Assembly (NCBI GenBank): GCA_030704615.1
Contig: CM060731.1
Location: forward strand, 30,442,001 to 30,506,000
Reading direction: 5' to 3'
Source of the DNA: Takakia lepidozioides
Taxonomy: Eukaryota > Plantae > Bryophyta
DNA length: 64,000 bases
In this document: positions 53,281 through 64,000 of the stretch, piece by piece
How positions within the stretch are numbered: the stretch's first letter is position 1
Layout: each line of letters starts with the position of its first letter
Translations under genes and position numbers: made by a program
Notes under the pieces: generated by a model
Database searches by the model: none
What the model was told of the DNA's origin: nothing
The model's input: the letters and a program-made list of their open reading frames with translations, nothing else

Positions 53281-55895
53281 TCCGAACCAAGCATGATGTT
53301 CCTTTCTTTCAGGCTGCTCTGTTTGGTCCATTCATACAATTTGCAACATGTTGAAAATAGTATATAGACAGAATAGAGCTGGGAGAGAAGGAAAAATCAT
53401 GTTTTTGTTGACGCTCACATAAATTCTCTTTCTTTCACAGCTCTGTCTCATGTATTTCTATGTGCTTCAACAAATTGAACAAACTACAGACACAAAACTT
53501 TGTCACAATAGAATTGGGGAGAGGGACAAATTATGCTTGCATTGATGCAAACATGCATAATTTTTTCTTCTCTTCCAGCTCTGTTTTCACCGTTCTTACG
53601 TGTTTCAACAGATTTAAAAGCAAATAGAGGCAAAGCTACATCACACAAAGCTATCATATTTCCATTTCCAATGTACTCTCTTGAGTCCCTACTAAGTTCC
53701 CAAACAATGTCCATTTCACAACGCTTTGCATCCATGGTAATAGACCCATCTTTGCCACGGTTATAGTTTCTCTTTCACGATTATGCTCACGCTTGAAATC
53801 TGGTCACGCTTAGTGTACAAAGAGTGAGCACGTTAATGTGAACCGCTCACGACATAGCTTCTCTCGCCTTGAGTCTCACAATGACTACTACTGGAATTGC
53901 TCTAAAAATCAGGCCAAACAACAAAGCGTAAGAAATCGTTCTCATTGTGGGAGAAACCCATAGGATCACCCTCCTCTATACGATGACACTAGCCCAACAT
54001 CTCAGTTGTCTTGTGTCGCCAGAGATAACGGAAGTTGGCAGGAGTAGGTAATATTGTAGGCCACTTAACCAACGCAGGTCGTCTCAAGCACAGAAGATAA
54101 TCCTCGTAGACAGCCGAGAAGCTTTGCGACTTGCTCTGGGTTTGCTCCGAAATCCCTTGCCCATCGAGCTATAGTCTCACTCTGCAGGCCTAATCTAGCA
54201 GGCGGTGGTGGAAGCAAGTTGTCCGAGCCCATTTTGTCTAAATTCTCACTAACAACGATGAAGGGGTGTGTTTCTCTCTCGACTACACGTATGAGCGTAC
54301 TCTCACAAAGCAAGACCAATAACACCGATGCACAACTGCAACATGGAATTGCCAGTAAATATGCGTGCCGAAATGAGAGACAACAACGGGACATGCAGCA
54401 GAATTCTTTAGAATGCGAGACCAAGCAGCGCCCAATGAATGCTAAGGTCGCTGAGGATATAAGGCGATGAAAAGACACCAAAGAGGCAGCATCAAATGCC
54501 GATGTCGAAATAACAATGCACGACAAGCTGGGCAATAGCGACCTGCGAGCAGCAACGACAACCTGCACATACGAGAGCAGTTAAGAAGGCGGAGAAGTAC
54601 GAACCAAGCATGAACACAATGAAAAGCACCGTTGCAAGTGAAACCTCGTAACTCGCCTCTGTTGCTACAGTGCATCATTGTACCCTATGCACCATATGTT
54701 AATATGCACTACTTTGATATCTTACGTTGATACAGTCATACGCGACTACCGAAACACTTGTGACGCTCCCGAACGTTCTCTATTATAGAATGTTCGCCAA
54801 ATCTCGCTTGGGCATGGATTGCATATGGACCCGCATCCAGTAGCCATATGGGGCCAATGCAACTTACCACCTGATTCAGACAAACTCGTAGATGTCATCT
54901 GCCTCTTGGCCGATTTTATTTTTCCAGCGACTAGGGTCATATTCCCTTTGTATTTGGAAAGACCTCCCCAGGAGAACGTTCATCTTGTTGAACAAATGCT
55001 CATGTTCAGCTTATTTATGTTTTCATTAACCCCTACACGCCTATCGAGCCACTTTGGGCTTTTATTTTTGATTTTTTCTTAATAATTTCCAAGGTAGTTG
55101 GTAGAATCTATCAAGTTTCAGATATGTTCATCTAGGGCAGTGGACACATACACTTGTGTGATCCGATTTTCCCCAATCTAAATTAGGGCTGAGAGTTTTA
55201 GGGTTGAAGGCCAGGGGTCCATCTCCCGTCGCTTCTAGGCCGACCTATGAAACTTACGACAATGACCAACATAGTTGCATCCAAATCCTTTGAGGTTTCA
55301 TGTACAGTTGGCGTATGAGGATGCGACGTCCAAGTGCAACTTTTTGAGTCGTTAAGAAAATTTATACCATAAAATTATTTTGCTGGGTTTTTGGCTGTCG
55401 AACATGGTGGTACGATGTCCCATTTATATTTTCAAATGGTAATCAGAATATTAACTACAAGTACTATTTAGGGCTAGAATGGGACATATGTCCACCATTG
55501 GGACATATTGTTACGTGTAAGAAATTATGGCAAGTTCAGTTACATACATGAAAATACATATTATGATATTGTTTGAAGGATACGGACAACCACATTTCAA
55601 GTTTTTTAATCATAATGTCATGGCGCATGATATAGAAGATGAGATAGAAATATACGCGCTACATGGTAGTGTAGATCTCAAAAACCGTGTGTGTTGGACG
55701 CGAGGAATGCTAGAATGTGAGCCTAGCCCCGTAAGCCTGTGAGCCTATGAGCCTCAACAGGCTCATGTTCCGGCACGTGATTTCTTGCGGATATGCACAT
55801 ATTATGACATGGAGACCATCTCTTTTTCCAGTAATAATGCACAAAAATATGAACAAAACACAACACTCATAAGGTAGTGCTACCAAGGTCGTCAA

Positions 55896-56231
55896 CGATT
55901 GTGGTTCCCAGCACCTGCAGATATTGTTGGTCTATTTTTATTTATCTATTTTTGTTGCCTTATATACGTCCATTTGCCTCGATCGTTAACGATCGTGGAT
56001 TTGGCCTCATGCAGCTAGTATTTATTTATCTATTTATTTATTATTAACTTTGGCTTATATTTATATAACGTCCATTTGCCTCCATCGTGAATGATCATGG
56101 GATTTGGCCTCATGCAACTAAGGCCAAAACCATTATAAATTAAATTTATAATAATATATTTAATATAATAATAATAATAATAATAATAATAACGGGCCAA
56201 CAGTATGTGCAAGTGTTGGGAACCACGATCG
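55896..56231. mobile_element. Small MITE-like inverted-repeat element
   Basis: cgattgtggttcccagcacctgca versus tgcaagtgttgggaaccacgatcg; AT-rich interior with a duplicated unit and (TAA)n. Confidence 0.45.
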
Positions 56232-56694
56232 CTGCATGGTAGGAGTACCTTCTGCAATGTTTTGTTTTGTTCATATTTGTGTGCACTGATAGTGGAAAAA
56301 TTAAAAGTCTTCTTGTCTACAACCTTTTTGTTATTCTACTTATAGTCAATCATATCTATTGTTTCCACAACAGATATGTTTGGAATGTTTTCATCCTTGA
56401 AAAAGTTTGGAGTGTCATTCTTGATTTCTTGATATTTGGTCCAACCCTATGAATCAACATACATTAATGTTTACAACGAATATTTTGCGGGACTGTAGTC
56501 TTGCATATTTTCCAAAATGTGGATGGTACTTAGGACTCTCCCCCTCCATGAGTTGACCTAAAAGAACCATAATGACAATGTTGCCGCTTTGAAACCCTCT
56601 GTGCTCGCAAAGAAAGAGCAAACAAAGTAAAGAGAGGAAAACAAAAACACCGATTGTCAATGTTGTGGTTTTGTCCCTCATCGTTTGTGCAAAG

Positions 56695-56728
<34 letters not shown>

Positions 56729-57084
56729 GATCGTCAACTATCGTGGTTTCATCCCTCAATGTTGTTGGTACAAGAAAGAGCAAACAAATATCTGATTTTC
56801 CGCGGTATTAGGTCTTTTTTCGCCTGACCTCAGGTCTATGTCATCTTTCTTTGCAATGTCGACATGCACTCACGCTCTGGGAGGGAAGTGTGAGCCTAAC
56901 TCAAATGCTTACAGGCTCACAGGGATGGGCTCACACCGTAGCTGCATTGGTTTGACGAGAGAGTTTTCATCTATCATCTTCACCAACCCCCGGCGCCAAG
57001 TACCTCCCTCGTGGGCGGGTCACACACTGGACACCCCTAATCCGCAGAAACTTAGGGATAGCCCAGCCTTCAAAACATTCTCTG

Positions 57085-57551
57085 TGTCGTGCGCATACGT
57101 ATCGCTGCACAACTACATCGTTATCCAAACCACACAACACACATGTAATCACAAACCAGTCTGCCATAATGATTGAAAAACTAAAACCCTATCACTCATA
57201 CTCACGAATCAAGCCTAAGGCACCCCAAGCTATGGGGACTCCACCTTTACTATGGCAAACTGAAGCATACATGCTCCTGCAAGCTCGCCGCCGTGAGGCT
57301 CAACTCGAGAGAGATGAGCCTCACACGACGAGGAAGCGGATAAGTATGTCCAGGTGCCAAGATAATCTTGGCACCTCTTTTTGTCACTTGGCCAGGTCCA
57401 AGTGCAAACTTATTAACTAGATATTATTCAGCTAGTTTCACACTAACAGTTCATTTAACTTGACAGTTGTCGTGCGCGTACGTATCGCTGCACAACTACA
57501 TCACTATCCAAACCACACAACACACATGTAATCACAAACCAGTCTACCACA
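57085..57551 (-). repeat. 3' terminal A-B-A of copy 2 (A 57468-57551, B 57170-57465, A 57085-57168)
   Basis: 84-bp direct repeat around a 296-bp B unit homologous to 25895-26245; PPT at 57556-57562. Confidence 0.92.
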
Positions 57552-57809
57552 ATTGCCCTCCTAGCTGGTGGTTAGGTCCCTCTAACTTCAGATAGCTACA
57601 AAAGCTAATAGCCACAGCCTCACTAAGTCCTCTATGACTGTCCCTATTGTACTCAAACTCTATAGACCAAGAGGTCGGGTACAAGAGTAACCCCATCGTT
57701 AGTCGTCATCTTGCAATCTGTAAACTTGAGCTAGGATCTCGTGTATTGGTCTCCTAGTAGCTTGGCCTTGCGTTTCTTGTTAACCTTCCATGGTTGTATC
57801 CACTCTCAT

Positions 57810-57955
57810 TATCCTATGCAACGTGGACATAATCAATTTCCACCAGGAACCATCTCAAGAGGTGACGTCAAACATCCCATGTGCCAACCTCTTGAGCATC
57901 GATCATACACCAGCATGGTGACTGCCCCTCTGGCAGACCCACACAACATGCACCT
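57810..57955 (-). pseudogene. PHD finger at the pol C-terminus, copy 2
   Basis: RCMLCGSARGAVTMLV(Y/C)DRCSRGWHMGCLTSPLEMVPGGN(W>*)LCPRC, C4HC3 spacing; copy 1 retains the Cys and Trp lost here. Confidence 0.85.
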
Positions 57956-58099
57956 CAAACTTGCAGGTACCACTGCTAAGTTTGGGTCAATCCTTCCATC
58001 AACATTCGGAAGGTGACATGGCGCGCAATTATGCACATAGTCCTTCCAAGTCATGCCATCCCGACCCTCCAAGATGAGGACTCCTGAGGGCAACACCTC

Positions 58100-59110
58100 G
58101 TGAACCCTCAAAATAATACGTCTTGCGGTCACATCCAGGGTCGTAGGAGCAGTCTGCTGTAGATAAACATAGTCATCAGGGTTAAACCTCCGAACCCCAG
58201 GACGATAGCCTCCACCACGTATAGTGACATACCTCAACGTATCGCAGTGTTGTGCAATGGCAAGGTTCTCGAAAGCCATGGGCATGACCTTCTTGAACAA
58301 CTCCGCGAGCTGATCATATGCACGTGCTCACACGTCCGGATCGTCAAGATTAAGGACTACTACAGCCTCCCTGCGAATAAATACCGACAAATCTGGCTCT
58401 CGGCCAAAGAGAAAGAAATAAAGCACGAACGAGGCAAGTGATGCTTGCTTGCTAAACCTGAAACCCATGACCAACCAAGATAGCTAAAGGTCCCAATCTC
58501 CTAGGTGCCCTTTCTGCAAACCATACTTGCGCAATCTTCACCTAACCGTTTGAACAACTCTCTCTGCCAAGCCATTGGCCTCATGATGATCCCGATAAAT
58601 AGTGCGGTGGTCTATCAAGGCCTTGCAGCCACACAACGCCTGAAACTCCCCCAAGAACTCTCTCCCTTGGTCCATGAGTACCTCAGCTAGAGCACCGAAT
58701 CGGCTAAGCACACGATCCAAGAATGCATACGCAACCCCCTCACTAGCCTTGTCAGGCAATGGAACCAACTCGATCCACTTGGAGAAGTGCTCCACCATCA
58801 GCAACACGTACTTGTTATGGCGTATGGTCAGTGGCAACGACCCTACAAAGTCAAGACTCCACCTGTAGCCCAATCCCATGATCTGAAGAGGGTGCAATTG
58901 TGGTGAAGGGGCGTTGAATGAAGCACGTACCCTATCACACACCATGCACCTAGCCACAAATTGTTGTACCTCTGTGTGCATACTACGCCACCGATACTGC
59001 CCCTGTAGTAAACTGTGAGTGCGTCGAATGCCCCAAGTCCTCATAGGCATGTCGCACCAACCGTGCACGCTGTATTGGATGAGGCACAATCCTCACTCGA
59101 CCATCCTCCC
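58100..59110 (-). pseudogene. DDE integrase, copy 2
   Basis: HAYEDLGH..CMVC zinc-binding motif; WSLDFVG, VLMDQG, ANGLAERVVQTV catalytic triad. Confidence 0.9.
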
Positions 59111-59439
59111 ACACTCGGAGCAGGTGTGTTCCCTCCCACTTGAACCTCTTGGCTCGTTGTAGGATCCGATCCCTCTCCTTGGCAGTCACAGTGGCTGCCG
59201 TATCTCCAGTGTGGAGATAGTCCAACACAGCTAAATCGTTATGTAAATCTCTGGCGTCACCTGGCTCATCGCTGGCCTCAGGGTCCTCAGACACTCCGTC
59301 TACAGTCATCCCTGTTGTAGATCCAACATGGCCTCCCGCTGCCAAGATACACAGAAATGCAGGTGCGTGCCATCCCGGCACCATGTCCTCGTCCGTCTCA
59401 CCATGCCACCGAGCTCCAGTGTCATCCTGCTGGCTCGTG

Positions 59440-60790
59440 CATGGATTGCGACTCAACCCATCTGCATCCTGATTGACCAAACCCGATCGATGCACCACCT
59501 GAAAGTCATACTCCTGGAGTATGAGTGCCCACCGTGCAAGCTTCCCCGTAAGCTTGTCTGACTCCATCAATCACTTGAGTGGCTGGTGATCCATGACAAA
59601 AGTGAATAGATTGACATATAGATAGCACCTGAAGTATGTCACGGCCTACACTGCAGCTAAGCACTCTCCTTCGTATGAGCAGTACTTTGTCTCTGCAGCG
59701 TTGTTCGAGCAGCTAGCATAAGCCACTACAAACTCTCTCCCCTCATCATCCACATGTGTGAGCACCGCTCCCAGCCCCAGCATGCTCCAATCCGTATGCA
59801 GCTGAAAAGGACACCCCCTGATAGGTCGTCTCAAGATAGGCGTCGAGGTCAGCCTCGCCTTGAGCTCCTGAAAAACTCATTCCTGCTCATCTTCCCACTG
59901 TCACTACTAGTCCACTTTGGTCAGCTTGGTTAGAGCCTTTACAATAGCACTAAACCCCTTGACAAACCGTCGATAATAGTTTGCCAACCCCATGAAAGCT
60001 CGAACTCGGCTCACGTCCATGGGGCGTGGAATCTGTGCAATGGCCTCTAACTTAGTCTGTTGTACCCCCAATCCTCCAGGATATATCATGTGATCCAGAT
60101 ATTCAATCTGGTTATGGAAAAACTTACACTTTCCCGGATGTAATTTCAATCCGTGCGCCCTCAAGCGCTAAAATACCACCTGAAGGTGTCTCTCATGCTC
60201 CTCCACCATAGCACTGAAGATGATAATATCATCTATATAGCACCGAGCAAACTTCACCCATCCATAATCCTGTCCATGACTCTTTGGAAATTTGCTGGAG
60301 CATTCTTTAGCCCGAATGGTAAGAATCGCCATTGATATAGACAATCCTTCCCATGCTCATTGATCCCCCAGAATGTCGTCTTTTGCTTATCCGCCTCTTT
60401 GATCGGCAATTGGTAATATCCGAATTGCAAATCCAAAGTGCTAAAGACCTTGGCATGCCCAATGACATCAAGGATCTCCTCCGGCGTTGGCATGACATAC
60501 CTATCGGACTTGGTCTGACGAAGCCGGTAATCCCCGCACATACGTCTCTCCGTCCAGTTGCCATAGAGATCCTTCTTGGCTGGCATCACTGTGGCTGAAG
60601 CATTCTCTCCACCAGATAGCTCCACCAAACCAGCCTCCCAAAGGTCCCGAGTCCTCATCTGAATCAATGATCTCTCCATGTCACTGTATCTATAGGGTCT
60701 CCGAAAGGTTGGCGTGTCAGTGGCCAACTCAATGCGAATTTCCTGATCCTTCAGTGCTCCCAAGTCCTTCAAACTGAAGGCAAAGCAGTT
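59440..60790 (-). pseudogene. RT and RNase H, copy 2
   Basis: RMCGDYR, PFGLKNAP, FQLHTDWS, DADGLSR. Confidence 0.92.
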
Positions 60791-60999
60791 TATATCCCCA
60801 ACATCATCCATCACCGCCGCCTTGGCTGCCAACTCCCTCTGAACCTCGAGCACCTCCGACGTGTGCCATGGATGCCTGCACCTTGTGGTACTCACCTGCT
60901 CGCCCCCACTCGCTGCCTGTACCGTCTCGGTAGGCAAAGATACCATCAAGGGAAGTGTATTCCGCACTCTGCGCTGCTCAGCCATAGCCAAGTTGATAA

Positions 61000-61755
61000 T
61001 TTAGGTCAAGCAATTGAGATCCATTGCTTGCCCCAACACTTGACGACGTGATGCCTCAGAAAGAGATGGCACCGCCGTGTTACCAGTGGCAAAACCCATC
61101 GCCCGCTCATGCTCGTCGGCATTGGGCTCCACTAACTGTTGCAACTGAGAATCCCACAGGAGACCAGGTCCACCATCCCGGAAAACATGAAATCCTGGAA
61201 AGCTGAGCAGTGTAAGCAATGTTGCTCGTGGGTGATCCACCTTGTTGACCCTTGCCAAAGGTGACCGGTCATCATGTCTCACACGTTGAGACTGTCTCCC
61301 TGTGTCCAAGATGTTATCCACTGTCAGGTGTGCTGGCCCATCAATGGCACATTCTCCATGATATATGTCGGAGAGTCTACCTGCTGAAGCTGTAAATAGC
61401 GCATGACCCTCAACATCTCCCAAAACAGGCGTGATCTCGAGTCTTGTAATCCATTGCCATGTCCGGCTGATGAATGACATTGGCAAGGCCAACCTGTCAC
61501 CACCAAGTGAATAGGGCCAACCCGCTCCAAATCTTGCGCCCCCAGCAAAGAGATATTTGTTGGCAAGGCTTGCTGGTATCCACGAACTGCAGATACCGGC
61601 AACAAATCAGGGTATTGCTGCACCAACTGAGCAACATGGCACAGTGAAGTCATCCCTCTCCACATACAAGTAACGCCGAAATCGTATACCTGCCTGCAGC
61701 ACTGCAGCCAATCCAGTGCTGATCCCACCAAACAAGTCCAAAAGGCATATGCCTT
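61000..61755 (-). pseudogene. C5 DNA methyltransferase domain, copy 2 (motif VIII region deleted)
   Basis: LLDLFGGISTG, YLYVERD, GWPCQCHS, IMENV, EHERAMGF, RRQVLGQAMDL. Confidence 0.9.
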
Positions 61756-62087
61756 CATCCGGGCACTGCCTGCACACAATAGGTGTGGTGTCCAATAGCG
61801 ACAACTGAGGGGGTCCTGGTGCAATCACCGCACTCTCCTCCTCCCCTGACGGCACAAATGCCTCTACCCAGGCTTGTTGCGCCCATCTATTAGCAGTCTG
61901 CTGCAAATCCTTGATCGTGCCCCACAATGGAGTGTGAGCAATCATAGCAGGCAACTCCGCCGTACCATGCATATCATCCTACTCTGCTGGAGGTGGCATA
62001 TCTTTTGCATGAGCATTGCCTTCTAGCAACTCTCCAGGCCAACTCACTGCACCTGTGAAGGCTGCTAGTGTTGGTATTTTTCCCGCT

Positions 62088-63041
62088 CACTACAGGAAAA
62101 GGGGGGGGGTTTCGACGTCGTGGCCACGCCGCGACGTCGTCAAACAGCCCTTTTCGGGCCGGGGAAAAAACCAAATTTGTGTCGCCCGGGCGTCGCAAGC
62201 CCGTCGCCAAAAAAACGTCGCAAATTTGCGACCAATGGGGGTCGCAAATATGCGAAACCACGATTTATGACGCCTGGGCATCGAAAAAAAACAAAAAACC
62301 AACCTACTCTGCAATGAAGAATTAGCACCGTCCGAGGGTCGCAAAGTACGACGCCCGGACGTCACAATTTAAGGGGGTACATTTGAAATTAGGCAGAAAA
62401 ATTTGAATTTCAAAAACTTGTTGACCATTGACTCCGGTTCTGTCTAATGACGATATGTTCATTGTTCTACATATATCATGCAATGCATACTTGAACGTAA
62501 GACCTCCACGTTATAACATTTCTAAGACACTACAAACTAACCAACATACCTACGCTACATCTATGTATCACAAAAACAATATATATATATATATATACAT
62601 ATAAAGATTTCCTTTAGGTTCTTTCAAGTTCATTCAAGTTTCTTCAAGTTTCTTCAAGTTCCTTCTAAGGGGGTCTCTCTTGTGACGCCGGGGAGTTACA
62701 ACCTCCACAGCCTTAGTGCCCAGCCCCAGCATCGTCGCCGTTGTTGTACCCCCCCCACCGTCAGGCGCCCCGATGTCATTGTGTGGACCTAAGCTGACCA
62801 CAACACCATTACAACCCCCTGTGGTGACGTTGTTGCGACCCCCTGACGTCGCAACGTTGGGCGTCCCAGCGCGGGGCGCCCCCAGCGACACTTTTGTGAA
62901 GTTGAGGGCAGCAAAGCCTAAAAAATAAAAATAAAAATAAACAAACTCCCACTGTGGTGATGCTGTTGCGACGCCCTGGCGTCGCAGAGGCGCTGGGGCG
63001 CCCTTAGTGACGCTTTTGCGACGCCGAGGCGTCGCAACGTC

Positions 63042-63083
<42 letters not shown>

Positions 63084-63308
63084 ATTTTCGACGTCGAGGC
63101 GTCACAAGAAAAAAAATACGTCGTAGCAAGGGCCCTCTTTCCCCCTTCATGCCACATTACGACGGCTGGGTGTCGTAATTGTGTCGCAGCGGGGGATTGC
63201 GACGCCGAGGCGTCGCAAAAAAACGCCGCGAACTCGACGACGCGGGCTCAGCGCTGCGCAGCGCGTGGGGGCGTGGCTGACGTCGCAAACCCCCCATTTA
63301 CTGTAGTG
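62088..63308. mobile_element. Non-autonomous CACTA element (1221 bp) inserted in copy 2
   Basis: CACTACAG...CTGTAGTG termini, 3-bp TSD GCT (62085-62087, 63309-63311), many subterminal GCGACGCC/GCGTCGC repeats, no ORF. Confidence 0.95.
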
Positions 63309-63311
63309 GCT

Positions 63312-63770
63312 GGGCAATAGCAACATCCCCAATGAATGTCACATGAAGTTGCACACACCGGCCATCCTCTGTCTGCCATCTAGGCCTGTAAGAGGCTGAC
63401 TCCTCCCAAAAATCCAAGGTGAAGCCTATGGGGTACAACACTGCCCCACTAACAAGGACATTGTAAGAGACCGCGACTGTCACAATGACCTTGGCTTGCA
63501 TAACTGAGCCATCTGTAGGGTGATCCAGCTGTAGTCTAATGGCCAATTCACGTCGTGTCATGCCCCGTGCCTGCTCTGATCCTTCCAAAGATGTCTGTAT
63601 CTGGAAAGGACATGGCTCCATATCTGCCTCCGTGAGGCCCAAACCTGCAATAGCAGCTCTGCTCAGCATCAGTGACTGAGCTCCCGAGTCCAACAAGACC
63701 CGCAATGGCCGGTACCTCTTGCCTGCCGGTCTAGTCAAAGAGAAAATGTCATCCTGATTGTCTAACAAGA
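63312..63770 (-). pseudogene. Aspartic protease region, copy 2
   Basis: RYRPLRVLLDSGAQ..YNVLVSGAVLYP. Confidence 0.88.
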
Positions 63771-64000
63771 CAAATGGACAGGTGTCACCATGGCGCGCTC
63801 AATGGCTGGCCTAGTTGGCAACTCCGTCAATTTAGCAGCTGCAGCTTGCCATGGCGGAGCCGTGGCAGTCGACCCTCAAATCCGAGGATCCCTCCGACAC
63901 AACACCTTCCACTAACTCCGCAGAAGATGAAGTGATTTCCCCACTTTCACAAAGTGTCGCCGCCAGTCTGAACACTTCAGCTGGTCGTACGCCTAGCGTT

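Larger units (their letters stand above)
57085..64000 (-). mobile_element. Ty3/Gypsy-type retrotransposon copy 2 (PR-DNMT-RT-RH-INT-PHD, degenerate; 5' part beyond window)
   Basis: Collinear with copy 1; full integrase region (HHCC, WSLDF, MDQG, LAER); ends in the same A-B-A structure. Confidence 0.95.

Noticed and set aside
53900-55750. Short ORFs (e.g. 54065-54568) as genes
   Set aside because: No recognisable domains or splice structure; like most short ORFs in the track they appear to be chance or antisense frames.

Overview
Eukaryotic nuclear DNA from a land plant, probably a non-seed plant (inferred from PPR-DYW style and TE types; the taxon cannot be fixed from sequence). Three apparently intact host genes: an LRR receptor-like kinase (-), a bifunctional FMN phosphatase/riboflavin kinase (-) and a conserved uncharacterised secreted-type protein (+). 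The first 8 kb holds pseudogene fragments (SEC-C protein, PPR-DYW, ABCG). Two transposon systems stand out. (1) Two diverged, degenerate copies of a Ty3/Gypsy-type retrotransposon whose polyprotein reads GAG-protease-C5 DNA methyltransferase (DNMT3-like)-RT-RNaseH-integrase-PHD finger. It has a self-complementary (tRNA-independent) primer site and a permuted terminal structure, B-[internal]-A-B-A, rather than two identical LTRs; the A-B-A end is present in both copies. (2) A 17.6-kb Mutator-like element (TIRs, flanking direct repeat) with a broken transposase, an intact convergent 497-aa C2H2/AT-hook gene, and non-coding arrays of an ACAACCTTC dyad motif, an arrangement resembling VANDAL/VANC anti-silencing. 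Retro copy 1 sits in the MULE SWIM domain and the nested locus was later shuffled by several inversions. A CACTA MITE, a Harbinger-like MITE and a foldback element are also present. All family assignments are from motif recognition; no database searches were run.
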